A stretch of DNA of 64,000 nucleotides, from positions 294,934,001-294,998,000 of the forward strand of contig OZ024740.1 of the NCBI GenBank assembly GCA_964016885.1, read 5' to 3'. A model generated the notes under the pieces. That model had not been told where the DNA came from and did not search any database. It saw only the letters and a list, made by a program, of their open reading frames with translations. Both the position numbers and the translations under genes were made by a program. Shown here in pieces: positions 51,601-64,000 of this stretch (position 1 is its first letter; each line of letters starts with the position of its first letter). The DNA is from Eledone cirrhosa. Lineage: Eukaryota.

Positions 51601-54600
51601 CTGTCACATCTCCATCTTTGTCACTTCTCTCATTCTGTCACATCTGCACCTCTGTCACATCTCCACCTCTGTCACTACTCTCACTCTGTCACATCTCCAC
51701 CTCTGTCACATCTCCATCTCTGTCACTTCTCTCACTCTGTCACATCTCCAGCTCTGCCACTTCTCTCACTCTGTCACATCTCCATCTTTGTCACTTCTCT
51801 CACTCTGTCACATCTCCACCTCTGTCACTTCTCTCACTCTGTCATATCTCCCCCTCTGCCACTTCTCTCACACTGTCACATCTCCACCTCTGTCACTTTC
51901 CTCACTCTGTGACATCTCCATCTCTGCCACTTCTCTCACTCTGTCACATCTCCACCTCTGTCACTTTTCTCATTCTGTCACATCTCCATCTTTGTCACTT
52001 CTCTCATTCTGTCACATCTCCACCTCTGTCACATCTCCACTTCTGTCACTTCTCTCACTCTGTCACATCTCCACCTCTGTCACATATCCACTTCTGTCAC
52101 TTCTCTCACTCTGTCACATCTCCATCTCTGTCACTTCTCTCACTCTGTCACATCTCCAGCTCTGCCACTTCTCTCACCCTGTCACATCTCCATCTTTGTC
52201 ACTTCTCTCACTCTGTCACATCTCCACCTCTGTCACATCTCCACCTCTGTCACTTCTCTCACTCTGTCACATCTCCACCTCTGTCACTTCTCTTACTCTG
52301 TCACATCTCCACCTCTATCACATCTCCACCTCTGTCACTTCTCTCACTCTGTCACATCTCCATCTCTGTCACTTCTCTCACTCTGTCACATCTCCAGCTC
52401 TGCCACTTCTCTCACTCTGTCACATCTCCATCTTTGTCACTTCTCTCACTCTGTCACATCTCCACCTCTGTCACTTCTCTCACTCTGTCATATCTCCACC
52501 TCTGTCACTTCTCTCACTCTGTCACATCTCCATCTCTGTCACTTCTCTCACTCTGTCACATCTCCAGCTCTGCCACTTGTCTCACTCTGTCACATATCCA
52601 CCTCTGTTACATCTCTCACTCTGTCATATATCCACCTCTGCCACTTCTCTCACTCTGTCACATCTCCACCTCTGTCACTTCTCTCACTCTGTCACATATC
52701 CATCTCTGTCACTTCTCTCACTCTGTCATATCTCCACCTCTGTCACTTCTCTCACTCTGTCACATCTCTCACTCTGTCACATCTCCACCTCTGTCACATC
52801 TCCACCTCTGTCACTTCTCTCACTCTGTCACATCTCCACCTCTGTCACATCTCCATCTCTGCCACTTCTCTCACTCTGTCACATCTCCACCTCTGTCACC
52901 TTTCTCACTCTGTCACATCTCCATCTTTGTCACTTCTCTCATTCTGTCACATCTCCACCTCTGTTACATCTCCACCTCTGTCACATCTCCATCTCTGTCA
53001 CATCTCTCACTCTGTCACTTCCCTCACTCTGTCACATCGCCACATCTGTCACTTCTCTCACTCTGTCACATCTCCACCTCTATCACATCGCCACCTCTGT
53101 CACTTCTCTAACTCTGTCACATCTCCACTTCTGTCACTTCTCTCACTCTGTCACATCTCCACCTCTGTCACTTCTCTCACTCTGTCACATATCCACCTCT
53201 GTCACTTCTCTCACTCTGTCACATCTCCACCTCTGTCACATCTCCACCTCTGTCACTTCCCTCACTCTGTCACATCTCCACCTCTGTCACATCTACATCT
53301 CTGTCACATCTCTCACACTGTCACTTCCCTCACGCTGTCACATCGCCACCTCTGTCACTTCTCTCACTCTGTCACATCTCCACCTCTATCACATCGCCAC
53401 CTCTGTCACTTCTCTAACTCTGTCACATCTCCATCTCTGTCAATTCTCTCACTCTGTCACATCACCACTTCTGTCACTTCTCTCACTCTGTCACATCTCC
53501 ACCTCTGTCACTTCTCTAACTCCGTCACATATCCACCTCTGTCACTTCTCTCACTCTGTTACAGCTCCACCTCTGTCACTTCCCTCACTCTGTCACATCT
53601 CCATCTTTGTCACTTCTCTCACTCTGTCACATCTCCACCCCTGTCACATCTCCACCTCTGTCACTTCTCTCACTCTGTCACATCTCCACCTCTGTCACTT
53701 CTCTTACTCTGTCACATCTCCACCTCTGTCACATCTCCACCTCTGTCACTTCTCTCAGTCTGTCACATCTCCATCTCTGTCACTTCTCTCACTCTGTCAC
53801 ATCTCCAGCTCTGCCACTTCTCTCACTCTGTCACATCTCCATCTTTGTTACTTCTCTCACTCTGTCACATCTCCACCTCTGTTACTTCTCTCACTCTGTC
53901 ATATCTCCACCTCTGTCACTTCTCTCACTCTGTCACATCTCCAGCTCTGCCACTTCTCTCACTCTGTCACATATCCACCTCTGTTACATTTCTCACTCTG
54001 TCATATCTCCACCTCTGCCACTTCTCTCACTCTGTCACATCTCCACCTCTGTCACTTCTCTCACTCTGTCACATCTCCATCTCTGTCACTTCTCTCACTT
54101 TGTCATATCTCCATCTCTGTCACTTCTCTCAATCTGTCACATCTCTCACTCTGTCACATCTCCACCTCTGTCACATCTCCACCTCTGTCACTTTTCTCAT
54201 TCTGTCACATCTCCATCTTTGTCACTTCTCTCATTCAGTCACATCTCCACCTCTGTCACATCTCCACCTCTGTCACTTCTCTCACTCTGTCACATCTCCA
54301 CCTCTGTCACATCTCCATCTCTGTCACGTCTCTCACTCTGTCACATCTCCACCTCTGTCACTTCTCTCACTCTGTCACATCTACACCTCTGTCACTTCTC
54401 TCACTCTGTCACATCTCCACCTCTGTCACATATCCACCTTTGTTACATCTTTCACTCTGTCATATCTCCACCTCTGCCACTTCTCTCACTCTATCACATC
54501 TCCACCTCTGTCACTTCTCTCACTCTGTCACATCTCCATCTCTGTGACTTCTCTCACTTTGTCATATCTCCATCTCTGTCACTTCTCTCACTCTGTCACT

Positions 54601-57600
54601 TCTCTCACTCTGTCACATCTCCACCTCTGTCACATCTCCATCTCTGCAACTTCTCCCACTCTGTCACATCTCCACCTCTGTTACTTTTCTCATTCTGTCA
54701 CATCTCCATCTTTGTCACTTCTCTCATTCTGTCACATCTGCACCTCTGTCACATCTCCACCTCTGTCACTTCTCTCACTCTGTCACATCTCCACCTCTGT
54801 CACATCTCCATCTCTGTCACTTCTCTCACTCTGTCACATCTCCAGCTCTGCCACTTCTCTCACTCTGTCACATCTCCATCTTTGTCACTTCTCTCCCTCT
54901 GTCACATCTCCACCTCTGTCACTTCTCTCACTCTGTCATATCTCCCCCTCTGCCACTTCTCTCACACTGTCACATCTCCACCTCTGTCACTTCCCTCACT
55001 CTGTGACATCTCCATCTCTGCCACTTCTCTCACTCTGTCACATCTTCACCTCTGTCACATCTCTCACTCTGTCATATCTCCACCTCTGCCACTTCTCTCA
55101 CTCTGTCACATCTCCACCTCTGTCACTTCTCTCACTCTGTCAAATCTCCATCTCTGTCACTTCTCTCACTCTGTCATATCTCCACCTCTGCCACTTCTCT
55201 CACTCTGTCATATCTCCACCTCTGCCACTTCTCTCACTCTGTCACATCTCCATCTCTGCCACTTCTCTCACGCTGTTACATCTCCATCTCTGTCACTTCA
55301 CTCACTCTGTCACATCTCCACCTCTGTCACATCTCCATCTCTGTCACTTCTCCATCTCTGCCACTTCTCTCACTCTGTCAGATCTCCACCTCTGTCACGT
55401 CTCTCACTCTGTCACATCTCCACCTCTGTCACTTCTCTCACTCTGTCACATCTCCACCTCTGTCACTTCTCTCACTCTGTCACATCTCCACCTCTGTCAC
55501 ATCTCCATCTCTGTCACTTCTCTCACTCTGTCACATCTCCAGCTCTGCCACTTCTCTCACTCTGTCACATCTCCATCTTTGTCACTTCTCTCACTCTGTC
55601 ACATCTCCACCTCTGTCACTTCTCTCACTCTGTAACATCTCCATCTCTGTCACTTCTCTCACTTTGTCATATCTCCATCTCTGTCACTTCTCTCACTCTG
55701 TCACATATCTCACTCTGTCACATCTCCACCTCTGTCACATCTCCACCTCTGTCACTTCTCTCACTCTGTCACATCTCCACCTCTGTCACATCTCCATCTC
55801 TGCCACTTCTCTCACTCTGTCACATCTCCACCTCTGTCACTTTTCTCATTCTGTCACATCTCCATCTTTGTCACTTCTCTCATTCTGTCACATCTCCACC
55901 TCTGTCACATCTCCACTTCTGTCACTTCTCTCACTCTGTCACATCTCCACCTCTGTCACATATCCACTTCTGTCACTTCTCTCACTCTGTCACATTTCCA
56001 GCTCTGCCACTTCTCTCACCCTGTCACATATCCATCGTTGTCACTTCTCTCACTCTGTCACATCTCCATCTTTGTCACTTCTCTCACTCTGTCACATCTC
56101 CACCTCTGTCACATCTCCACCTCTGTCACTTCTCTCACTCTGTCACATCTCCACCTCTGTCACTTCTCTTACTCTGTCACATCTCCACCTCTATCACATC
56201 TCCACCTCTGTCACTTCTCTCACTCTGTCACATCTCCATCTCTGTCACTTCTCTCACTCTGTCACATCTCCAGCTCTGCCACTTCTCTCACTCTGTCACA
56301 TCTCCATCTTTGTCACTTCTCTCACTCTGTCACATCTCCACCTCTGTCACTTCTCTCACTCTGTCATATCTCCACCTCTGTCACTTCCCTCACTCTGTCA
56401 CATCTCCATCTCTGTCACTTCTCTCACTCTGTCACATCTCCAGCTCTGCCACTTGTCTCACTCTGTCACATATCCACCTCTGTCACATCTCCAGCTCAGC
56501 CACTTCTCTCACTCTGTCACATCTCCATCTTTGTCACTTCTCTCACTCTGTCACATCTCCACCTCTGTCACTTCTCTCACTCTGTCATATCTCCCCCTCT
56601 GCCACTTCTCTCACTCTGTCACATCTCCACCTCTGTCACTTCCCTCACTCTGTCACATCTCCAGCTCTGCCACTTGTCTCACTCTGTCACATATCCACCT
56701 CTGTTACATCTCTAACTCTGTCATATATCCACCTCTGCCACTTCTCTCACTCTGTCACATCTCCACCTCTGTCACTTCTCTCACTCTGTCACATCTCCAT
56801 CTCTGTCACTTCTCTCACTTTGTCATATCACCATCTCTGTCACTTCTCTCACTCTGTCACATCTCTCACTCTGTCACATCTCCACCTCTGTCACATCTCC
56901 ACCTCTGTCACTTCTCTCACTCTGTCACATCTCCATCTCTGTCACTTCTCTCACTCTGTCACATCTCCAGCTCTGCCACTTGTCTCACTCTGTCACATAT
57001 CCACCTCTGTTACATCTCTAACTCTGTCATATATCCACCTCTGCCACTTCTCTCACTCTGTCACATCTCCACCTCTGTCACTTCTCTCACTCTGTCACAT
57101 CTCCATCTCTGTCACTTCTCTCACTCTGTCATATCTCCACCTCTGTCACTTCTCTCACTCTGTCACATCTCTCACTCTGTCACATCTCCACCTCTGTCAC
57201 ATCTCCACCTCTGTCACTTCTCTCACTCTGTCACATCTCCACCTCTGTCACATCTCCATCTCTGCCACTTCTCTCACTCTGTCACATCTCCACCTCTGTC
57301 ACTTCTCTCACTCTGTCACATATCCACCTCTGTTACATCTCTAACTCTGTCATATCTCCACCTCTGCCACTTCTCTCACTCTGTCACATCTCCACCTCTG
57401 TCACTTCTCTCACTCTGTCAAATCTCCATCTCTGTCACTTCTCTCACTCTGTCATATCTCCACCTCTGCCACTTCTCTCACTCTGTCATATCTCCACCTC
57501 TGCCACTTCTCTCACTCTGTCACATCTCCATCTCTGCCACTTCTCTCACGCTGTTACATCTCCATCTCTGTCACTTCACTCACTCTGTCACATCTCCACC

Positions 57601-60600
57601 TCTGTCACATCTCCATCTCTGTCACTTCTCCATCTCTGCCACTTCTCTCACTCTGTCAGATCTCCACCTCTGTCACGTCTCTCACTCTGTCACATCTCCA
57701 CCTCTGTCACTTCTCTCACTCTGTCACATCTCCACCTCTGTCACTTCTCTCACTCTGTCACATCTCCACCTCTGTCACATCTCCATCTCTGTCACTTCTC
57801 TCACTCTGTCACATCTCCAGCTCTGCCACTTCTCTCACTCTGTCACATCTCCATCTTTGTCACTTCTCTCACTCTGTCACATCTCCACCTCTGTCACTTC
57901 TCTCACTCTGTAACATCTCCATCTCTGTCACTTCTCTCACTTTGTCATATCTCCATCTCTGTCACTTCTCTCACTCTGTCACATATCTCACTCTGTCACA
58001 TCTCCACCTCTGTCACATCTCCACCTCTGTCACTTCTCTCACTCTGTCACATCTCCACCTCTGTCACATCTCCATCTCTGCCACTTCTCTCACTCTGTCA
58101 CATCTCCACCTCTGTCACTTTTCTCATTCTGTCACATCTCCATCTTTGTCACTTCTCTCATTCTGTCACATCTCCACCTCTGTCACATCTCCACTTCTGT
58201 CACTTCTCTCACTCTGTCACATCTCCACCTCTGTCACATATCCACTTCTGTCACTTCTCTCACTCTGTCACATCTCCAGCTCTGCCACTTCTCTCACCCT
58301 GTCACATATCCATCGTTGTCACTTCTCTCACTCTGTCACATCTCCATCTTTGTCACTTCTCTCACTCTGTCACATCTCCACCTCTGTCACATCTCCACCT
58401 CTGTCACTTCTCTCACTCTGTCACATCTCCACCTCTGTCACTTCTCTTACTCTGTCACATCTCCACCTCTATCACATCTCCACCTCTGTCACTTCTCTCA
58501 CTCTGTCACATCTCCATCTCTGTCACTTCTCTCACTCTGTCACATCTCCAGCTCTGCCACTTCTCTCACTCTGTCACATCTCCATCTTTGTCACTTCTCT
58601 CACTCTGTCACATCTCCACCTCTGTCACTTCTCTCACTCTGTCATATCTCCACCTCTGTCACTTCCCTCACTCTGTCACATCTCCATCTCTGTCACTTCT
58701 CTCACTCTGTCACATCTCCAGCTCTGCCACTTGTCTCACTCTGTCACATATCCACCTCTGTCACATCTCCAGCTCAGCCACTTCTCTCACTCTGTCACAT
58801 CTCCATCTTTGTCACTTCTCTCACTCTGTCACATCTCCACCTCTGTCACTTCTCTCACTCTGTCATATCTCCCCCTCTGCCACTTCTCTCACTCTGTCAC
58901 ATCTCCACCTCTGTCACTTCCCTCACTCTGTCACATCTCCAGCTCTGCCACTTGTCTCACTCTGTCACATATCCACCTCTGTTACATCTCTAACTCTGTC
59001 ATATATCCACCTCTGCCACTTCTCTCACTCTGTCACATCTCCACCTCTGTCACTTCTCTCACTCTGTCACATCTCCATCTCTGTCACTTCTCTCACTTTG
59101 TCATATCACCATCTCTGTCACTTCTCTCACTCTGTCACATCTCTCACTCTGTCACATCTCCACCTCTGTCACATCTCCACCTCTGTCACTTCTCTCACTC
59201 TGTCACATCTCCATCTCTGTCACTTCTCTCACTCTGTCACATCTCCAGCTCTGCCACTTGTCTCACTCTGTCACATATCCACCTCTGTTACATCTCTAAC
59301 TCTGTCATATATCCACCTCTGCCACTTCTCTCACTCTGTCACATCTCCACCTCTGTCACTTCTCTCACTCTGTCACATCTCCATCTCTGTCACTTCTCTC
59401 ACTCTGTCATATCTCCACCTCTGTCACTTCTCTCACTCTGTCACATCTCTCACTCTGTCACATCTCCACCTCTGTCACATCTCCACCTCTGTCACTTCTC
59501 TCACTCTGTCACATCTCCACCTCTGTCACATCTCCATCTCTGCCACTTCTCTCACTCTGTCACATCTCCACCTCTGTCACTTCTCTCACTCTGTCACATA
59601 TCCACCTCTGTTACATCTCTAACTCTGTCATATATCCACCTCTACCACTTCTCTCACTCTGTCACATCTCCACCTCTGTCACTTCTCTCACTCTGTCACA
59701 TCTCCATCTCTGTCACTTCTCTCACTTTGTCATATCACCATCTCTGTCACTTCTCTCACTCTGTCACATCTCTCACTCTGTCACATCTCCACCTCTGTCA
59801 CATCTCCACCTCTGTCACTTCTCTCACTCTGTCACATCTCCACCTCTGTCACATCTCCATCTCTGCCACTTCTCTCACTCTGTCACATCTCCACCTCTGT
59901 CACTTCTCTCACTCTGTCACATCTCCACCTCTGTCACTTCCCTCACTCTGTCACATCTCCACCTCTGTCACTTCTCTCACTCTGTCACGTCTCGATCTCT
60001 GTCACTTCTCTCACTCTGTCACATCTCCAGCTCTGCCACTTCTCTCACTCTGTCACATATCCACCTCTGTTAAATCTGTCACTCTGTCATATCTCCACCT
60101 CTGCCACTTCTCTCACTCTGTCACATCTCCACCTCTGTCACATCTCCATCTCTGTCACTTCTCTCACTCTGTCACATCTCCACCTCTGTCACTTCTCTCA
60201 CTCTGTCACATCTCCACCTCTGTCACATCTCCACCTCTGTCACTTCTCTCACTCTGTCACATCTCCATCTCTGTCACTTCTCTCACTCTGTCACATCTCC
60301 AGCTCTGCCACTTCTCTCACTCTGTCACATATCCACCTCTGTTACATCTCTCACTCTGTCATATCTCCACCTCTGCCACTTCTCTCACTCTGTCACGTCT
60401 CCATCTCTGTCACTTCTCTCACTCTGTCATATCTCCACCTCTGCCACTTCTCTCACTCTGTCATATCTCCACCTCTGCCACTTCTCTCACTCTGTCACAT
60501 CTCCACCTCTGTCACATCTCCATCTCTGTCACATCTCCATCTCTGCCACTTCTCTCACTCTGTCACATCTGCACCTCTGTCACTTCTCTCACTCTGTCAC

Positions 60601-63600
60601 ATCTCCACCCCTGTCACATCTCTCACTCTGTCACATCTCCACCTCTGTCACATCTCCATTTCTGTCACATCTCCACATCTGTCACTTCTCTCACTCTGTC
60701 ACATCTCCATCTCTGTCACTTCTCTCACTCTGTCACATCTCTCAATCTGTCACATCTCCACCTCTCTCACTTCTCTCACTCTGTCACATCTCCACCCCTG
60801 TCACTTCTCTCACTCTGTCACATCTCCACCTCTGTCACATCTCTCACTCTGTCACATCTCCACCCCTGTCACATCTCTCACTCTGTCACATCTCCACCTC
60901 TGTCACATCTTCACTTCTGTCACATCTCCACCTCTGTCACTTCTCCCACTCTGTCATATCTCCACTTCTGTCACTTCTCTCACTCTGTCACATCTCCACC
61001 TCTGTCACTTCTCTCACTCTGTCACATCTCCACCCCTGTCACATCACTCTACTCTGTCACATCTCCACCTCTGTCACATCTCCACTTCTGTCACATCTCC
61101 ACCTCTGTCACTCCTCTCACTCTGTCATATCTCCATCTCTCTCACTTCTCTCACTCTGTCACATCTCTCACTCTGTCACATCTCAACCTCTGTCACTTCT
61201 CTCACTCTGTCACATCTCCACCTCTGTCACATCTCTTACTCTGTCACATCTCCACCTCTGTCACTTCTCTCACTCTGTCACATCTCCACCTCTGTCACAT
61301 CTCCACTTCTGTCACTTCTCTTACTCTGTCACATCTCCATCTCTGTCACTTCTCTCACTCTGTCACATCTCCAGCTCTGCCACTTCTCTCACTCTGTCAC
61401 TTCTCTCACTCTGTCACATCTCCACCTCTGTCACTTCTCTCACTCTGTCATATCTCCCCCTCTGCCACTTCTCTCACTCTGTCACATCTCCACCTCTGTC
61501 ACTTCCCTCACTCTGTGACATCTCCATCTCTGCCACTTCTCTCACTCTGTCACATCTTCACCTCTGTCACATCTCTCACTCTGTCATATCTCCACCTCTG
61601 CCACTTCTCTCACTCTGTCACATCTCCACCTCTGTCACTTCTCTCACTCTGTCACATCTCTATCTCTGCCACTTCTCTCACTCTGTCACATCTCCACCTC
61701 TGTCACTTCTCTCACTCTGTCACATCTCCACCTCTGTCACATCTCTCACTCTGTCACATCTCCACCCCTGTCACATCACTCTACTCTGTCACATCTCCAC
61801 CTCTGTCACATCTCCACTTCTGTCACATCTCCACCTCTGTCACTCCTCTCACTCTGTCATATCTCCATCTCTGTCACTTCTCTCACTCTGTCACATCTCT
61901 CACTCTGTCACATCTCAACCTCTGTCACTTCTCTCACTCTGTCACATCTCCATCTCTGTCACTTCTCTCACTTTGTCATATCACCATCTCTGTCACTTCT
62001 CTCACTCTGTCACATCTCTCACTCTGTCACATCTCCACCTCTGTCACATCTCCACCTCTGTCACTTCTCTCACTCTGTCACATCTCCACCTCTGTCACAT
62101 CTCCATCTCTGCCACTTCTCTCACTCTGTCACATCTCCACCTCTGTCACTTCTCTCACTCTGTCACATCTCCACCTCTGTCACATATCCACTTCTGTCAC
62201 TTCTCTCACTCTGTCACATCTCCAGCTCAGCCACTTCTCTCACTCTGTCACATCTCCATCTTTGTCACTTCTCTCACTCTGTCACATCTCCACCTCTGTC
62301 ACTTCTCTCACTCTGTCATATCTCCCCCTCTGCCACTTCTCTCACTCTGTCACATCTCCACCTCTGTCACTTCCCTCACTCTGTCACATCTCCACCTCTG
62401 TCACTTCTCTCACTCTGTCACGTCTCCATCTCTGTCACTTCTCTCACTCTGTCACATCTCCAGCTCTGCCACTTCTCTCACTCTGTCACATATCCACCTC
62501 TGTTAAATCTGTCACTCTGTCATATCTCCACCTCTGCCACTTCTCTCACTCTGTCACGTCTCCATCTCTGTCACTTCTCTCACTCTGTCATATCTCCACC
62601 TCTGCCACTTCTCTCACTCTGTCACATCTCTATCTCTGTCACTTCTCTCACTCTGTCATATCTCCACCTCTGCCACTTCTCTTACTCTGTCATATCTCCA
62701 CCTCTGCCACTTCTCTCACTCTGTCACATCTCCACCTCTGTCACATCTCCATCTCTGTCACTTCTCTCACTCTGTCACATCTCCACCTCTGTCACTTCTC
62801 TCACTCTGTCACATCTCCACCTCTGTCACATCTCCACCTCTGTCACTTCTCTCACTCTGTCACATCTCCATCTCTGTCACTTCTCTCACTCTGTCACATC
62901 TCCAGCTCTGCCACTTCTCTCACTCTGTCACATATCCACCTCTGTTACATCTCTCACTCTGTCATATCTCCACCTCTGCCACTTCTCTCACTCTGTCACG
63001 TCTCCACCTCTGCCACTTCTCTCACTCTGTCATATCTCCACCTCTGCCACTTCTCTCACTCTGTCATATCTCCACCTCTGCCACTTCTCTCACTCTGTCA
63101 CATCTCCACCTCTGTCACATCTCCATCTCTGTCACATCTCCAGCTCTGCCACTTCTCTCACTCTGTCACTTCTCTCACTCTGTCACATCTCCACCTCTGT
63201 CACTTCTCTCACTCTGTCATATCTCCCCCTCTGCCACTTCTCTCACTCTGTCACATCTCCACCACTGTCACTTCCCTCACTCTGTGACATCTCCATCTCT
63301 GCCACTTCTCTCACTCTGTCACATCTTCACCTCTGTCACATCTCTCACTCTGTCATATCTCCACCTCTGCCACTTCTCTCACTCTGTCACATCTCCACCT
63401 CTGTCACTTCTCTCACTCTGTCACATCTCCATCTCTGTCACTTCTCTCACTCTGTCACATCTCCATCTCTGCCACTTCTCTCACTCTGTCACATCTCCAC
63501 CTCTGTCACTTCTCTCACTCTGTCACATCTCCACCTCTGTCACATCTCTCACTCTGTCACATCTCCACCCCTGTCACATCACTCTACTCTGTCACATCTC

Positions 63601-64000
63601 CACCTCTGTCACATCTCCACTTCTGTCACATCTCCACCTCTGTCACTCCTCTCACTCTGTCATATCTCCATCTCTGTCACTTCTCTCACTCTGTCACATC
63701 TCTCACTCTGTCACATCTCAACCTCTGTCACTTCTCTCACTCTGTCACATCTCCATCTCTGTCACTTCTCTCACTTTGTCATATCACCATCTCTGTCACT
63801 TCTCTCACTCTGTCACATCTCTCACTCTGTCACATCTCCACCTCTGTCACATCTCCACCTCTGTCACTTCTCTCACTCTGTCACATCTCCACCTCTGTCA
63901 CATCTCCATCTCTGCCACTTCTCTCACTCTGTCACATCTCCACCTCTGTCACTTCTCTCACTCTGTCACATCTCCACCTCTGTCACATATCCACTTCTGT
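12669..64000. repeat. Large 17-bp satellite array (about 3,000 monomers; types A CTGTCACATCTCCACCT and B CTGTCACTTCTCTCACT), continuing beyond the window
   Basis: CTGTCAC core recurs every 17 bp across >51 kb in one orientation with no inserted foreign sequence seen. Monomers mostly alternate A/B (34-bp dimer) with AA/BB interruptions and point variants. Confidence 0.99.

Noticed and set aside
12663-63287. Giant ORFs (up to 3,830 aa) as real mucin-like or His-rich protein genes
   Set aside because: They overlap in all three frames with the same peptide, follow a 17-nt (non-triplet) period, mostly start at TTG/GTG variants and have no unique domains or splice structure.
12669-64000. CRISPR-like array (constant CTGTCAC plus variable 10-mer)
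   Set aside because: The variable parts are two recurring types rather than unique spacers, the unit is far too short, there are no cas genes and the context is eukaryotic.
12669-64000. Telomeric repeat or G-quadruplex array
   Set aside because: No TTAGGG-type unit, and the G-rich strand has only GG doublets (two per A monomer, none in B), not G3 tracts.

Overview
Eukaryotic (animal) genomic DNA. The abundant tRNA-derived SINE resembles the dominant SINE of Octopus genomes, so a cephalopod source is inferred but not proven. Bases 1-12.7 kb are AT-rich and repeat-dense. They hold the last two coding exons (823-960, 2381-2583) of a claudin/PMP22-like four-TM membrane protein gene, about 8 SINE copies or fragments, two 5'-truncated RTE-clade LINE fragments, a 52-bp minisatellite, a hAT MITE, a decayed SPIN/Charlie-type hAT transposase and an inverted pair of tRNA-like heads. 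From 12,669 to the window end (>51 kb, about 3,000 monomers) is one uninterrupted 17-bp satellite. It is built from two monomers, A=CTGTCACATCTCCACCT and B=CTGTCACTTCTCTCACT, mostly alternating, with nested kb-scale duplications. All giant His/Ser/Leu ORFs in the track are artefacts of this stop-free repeat. The most notable observation is that the array begins exactly where the 5' end of a minus-strand SINE should lie and its monomer resembles that 17-nt SINE terminus, suggesting a satellite born from a SINE head.
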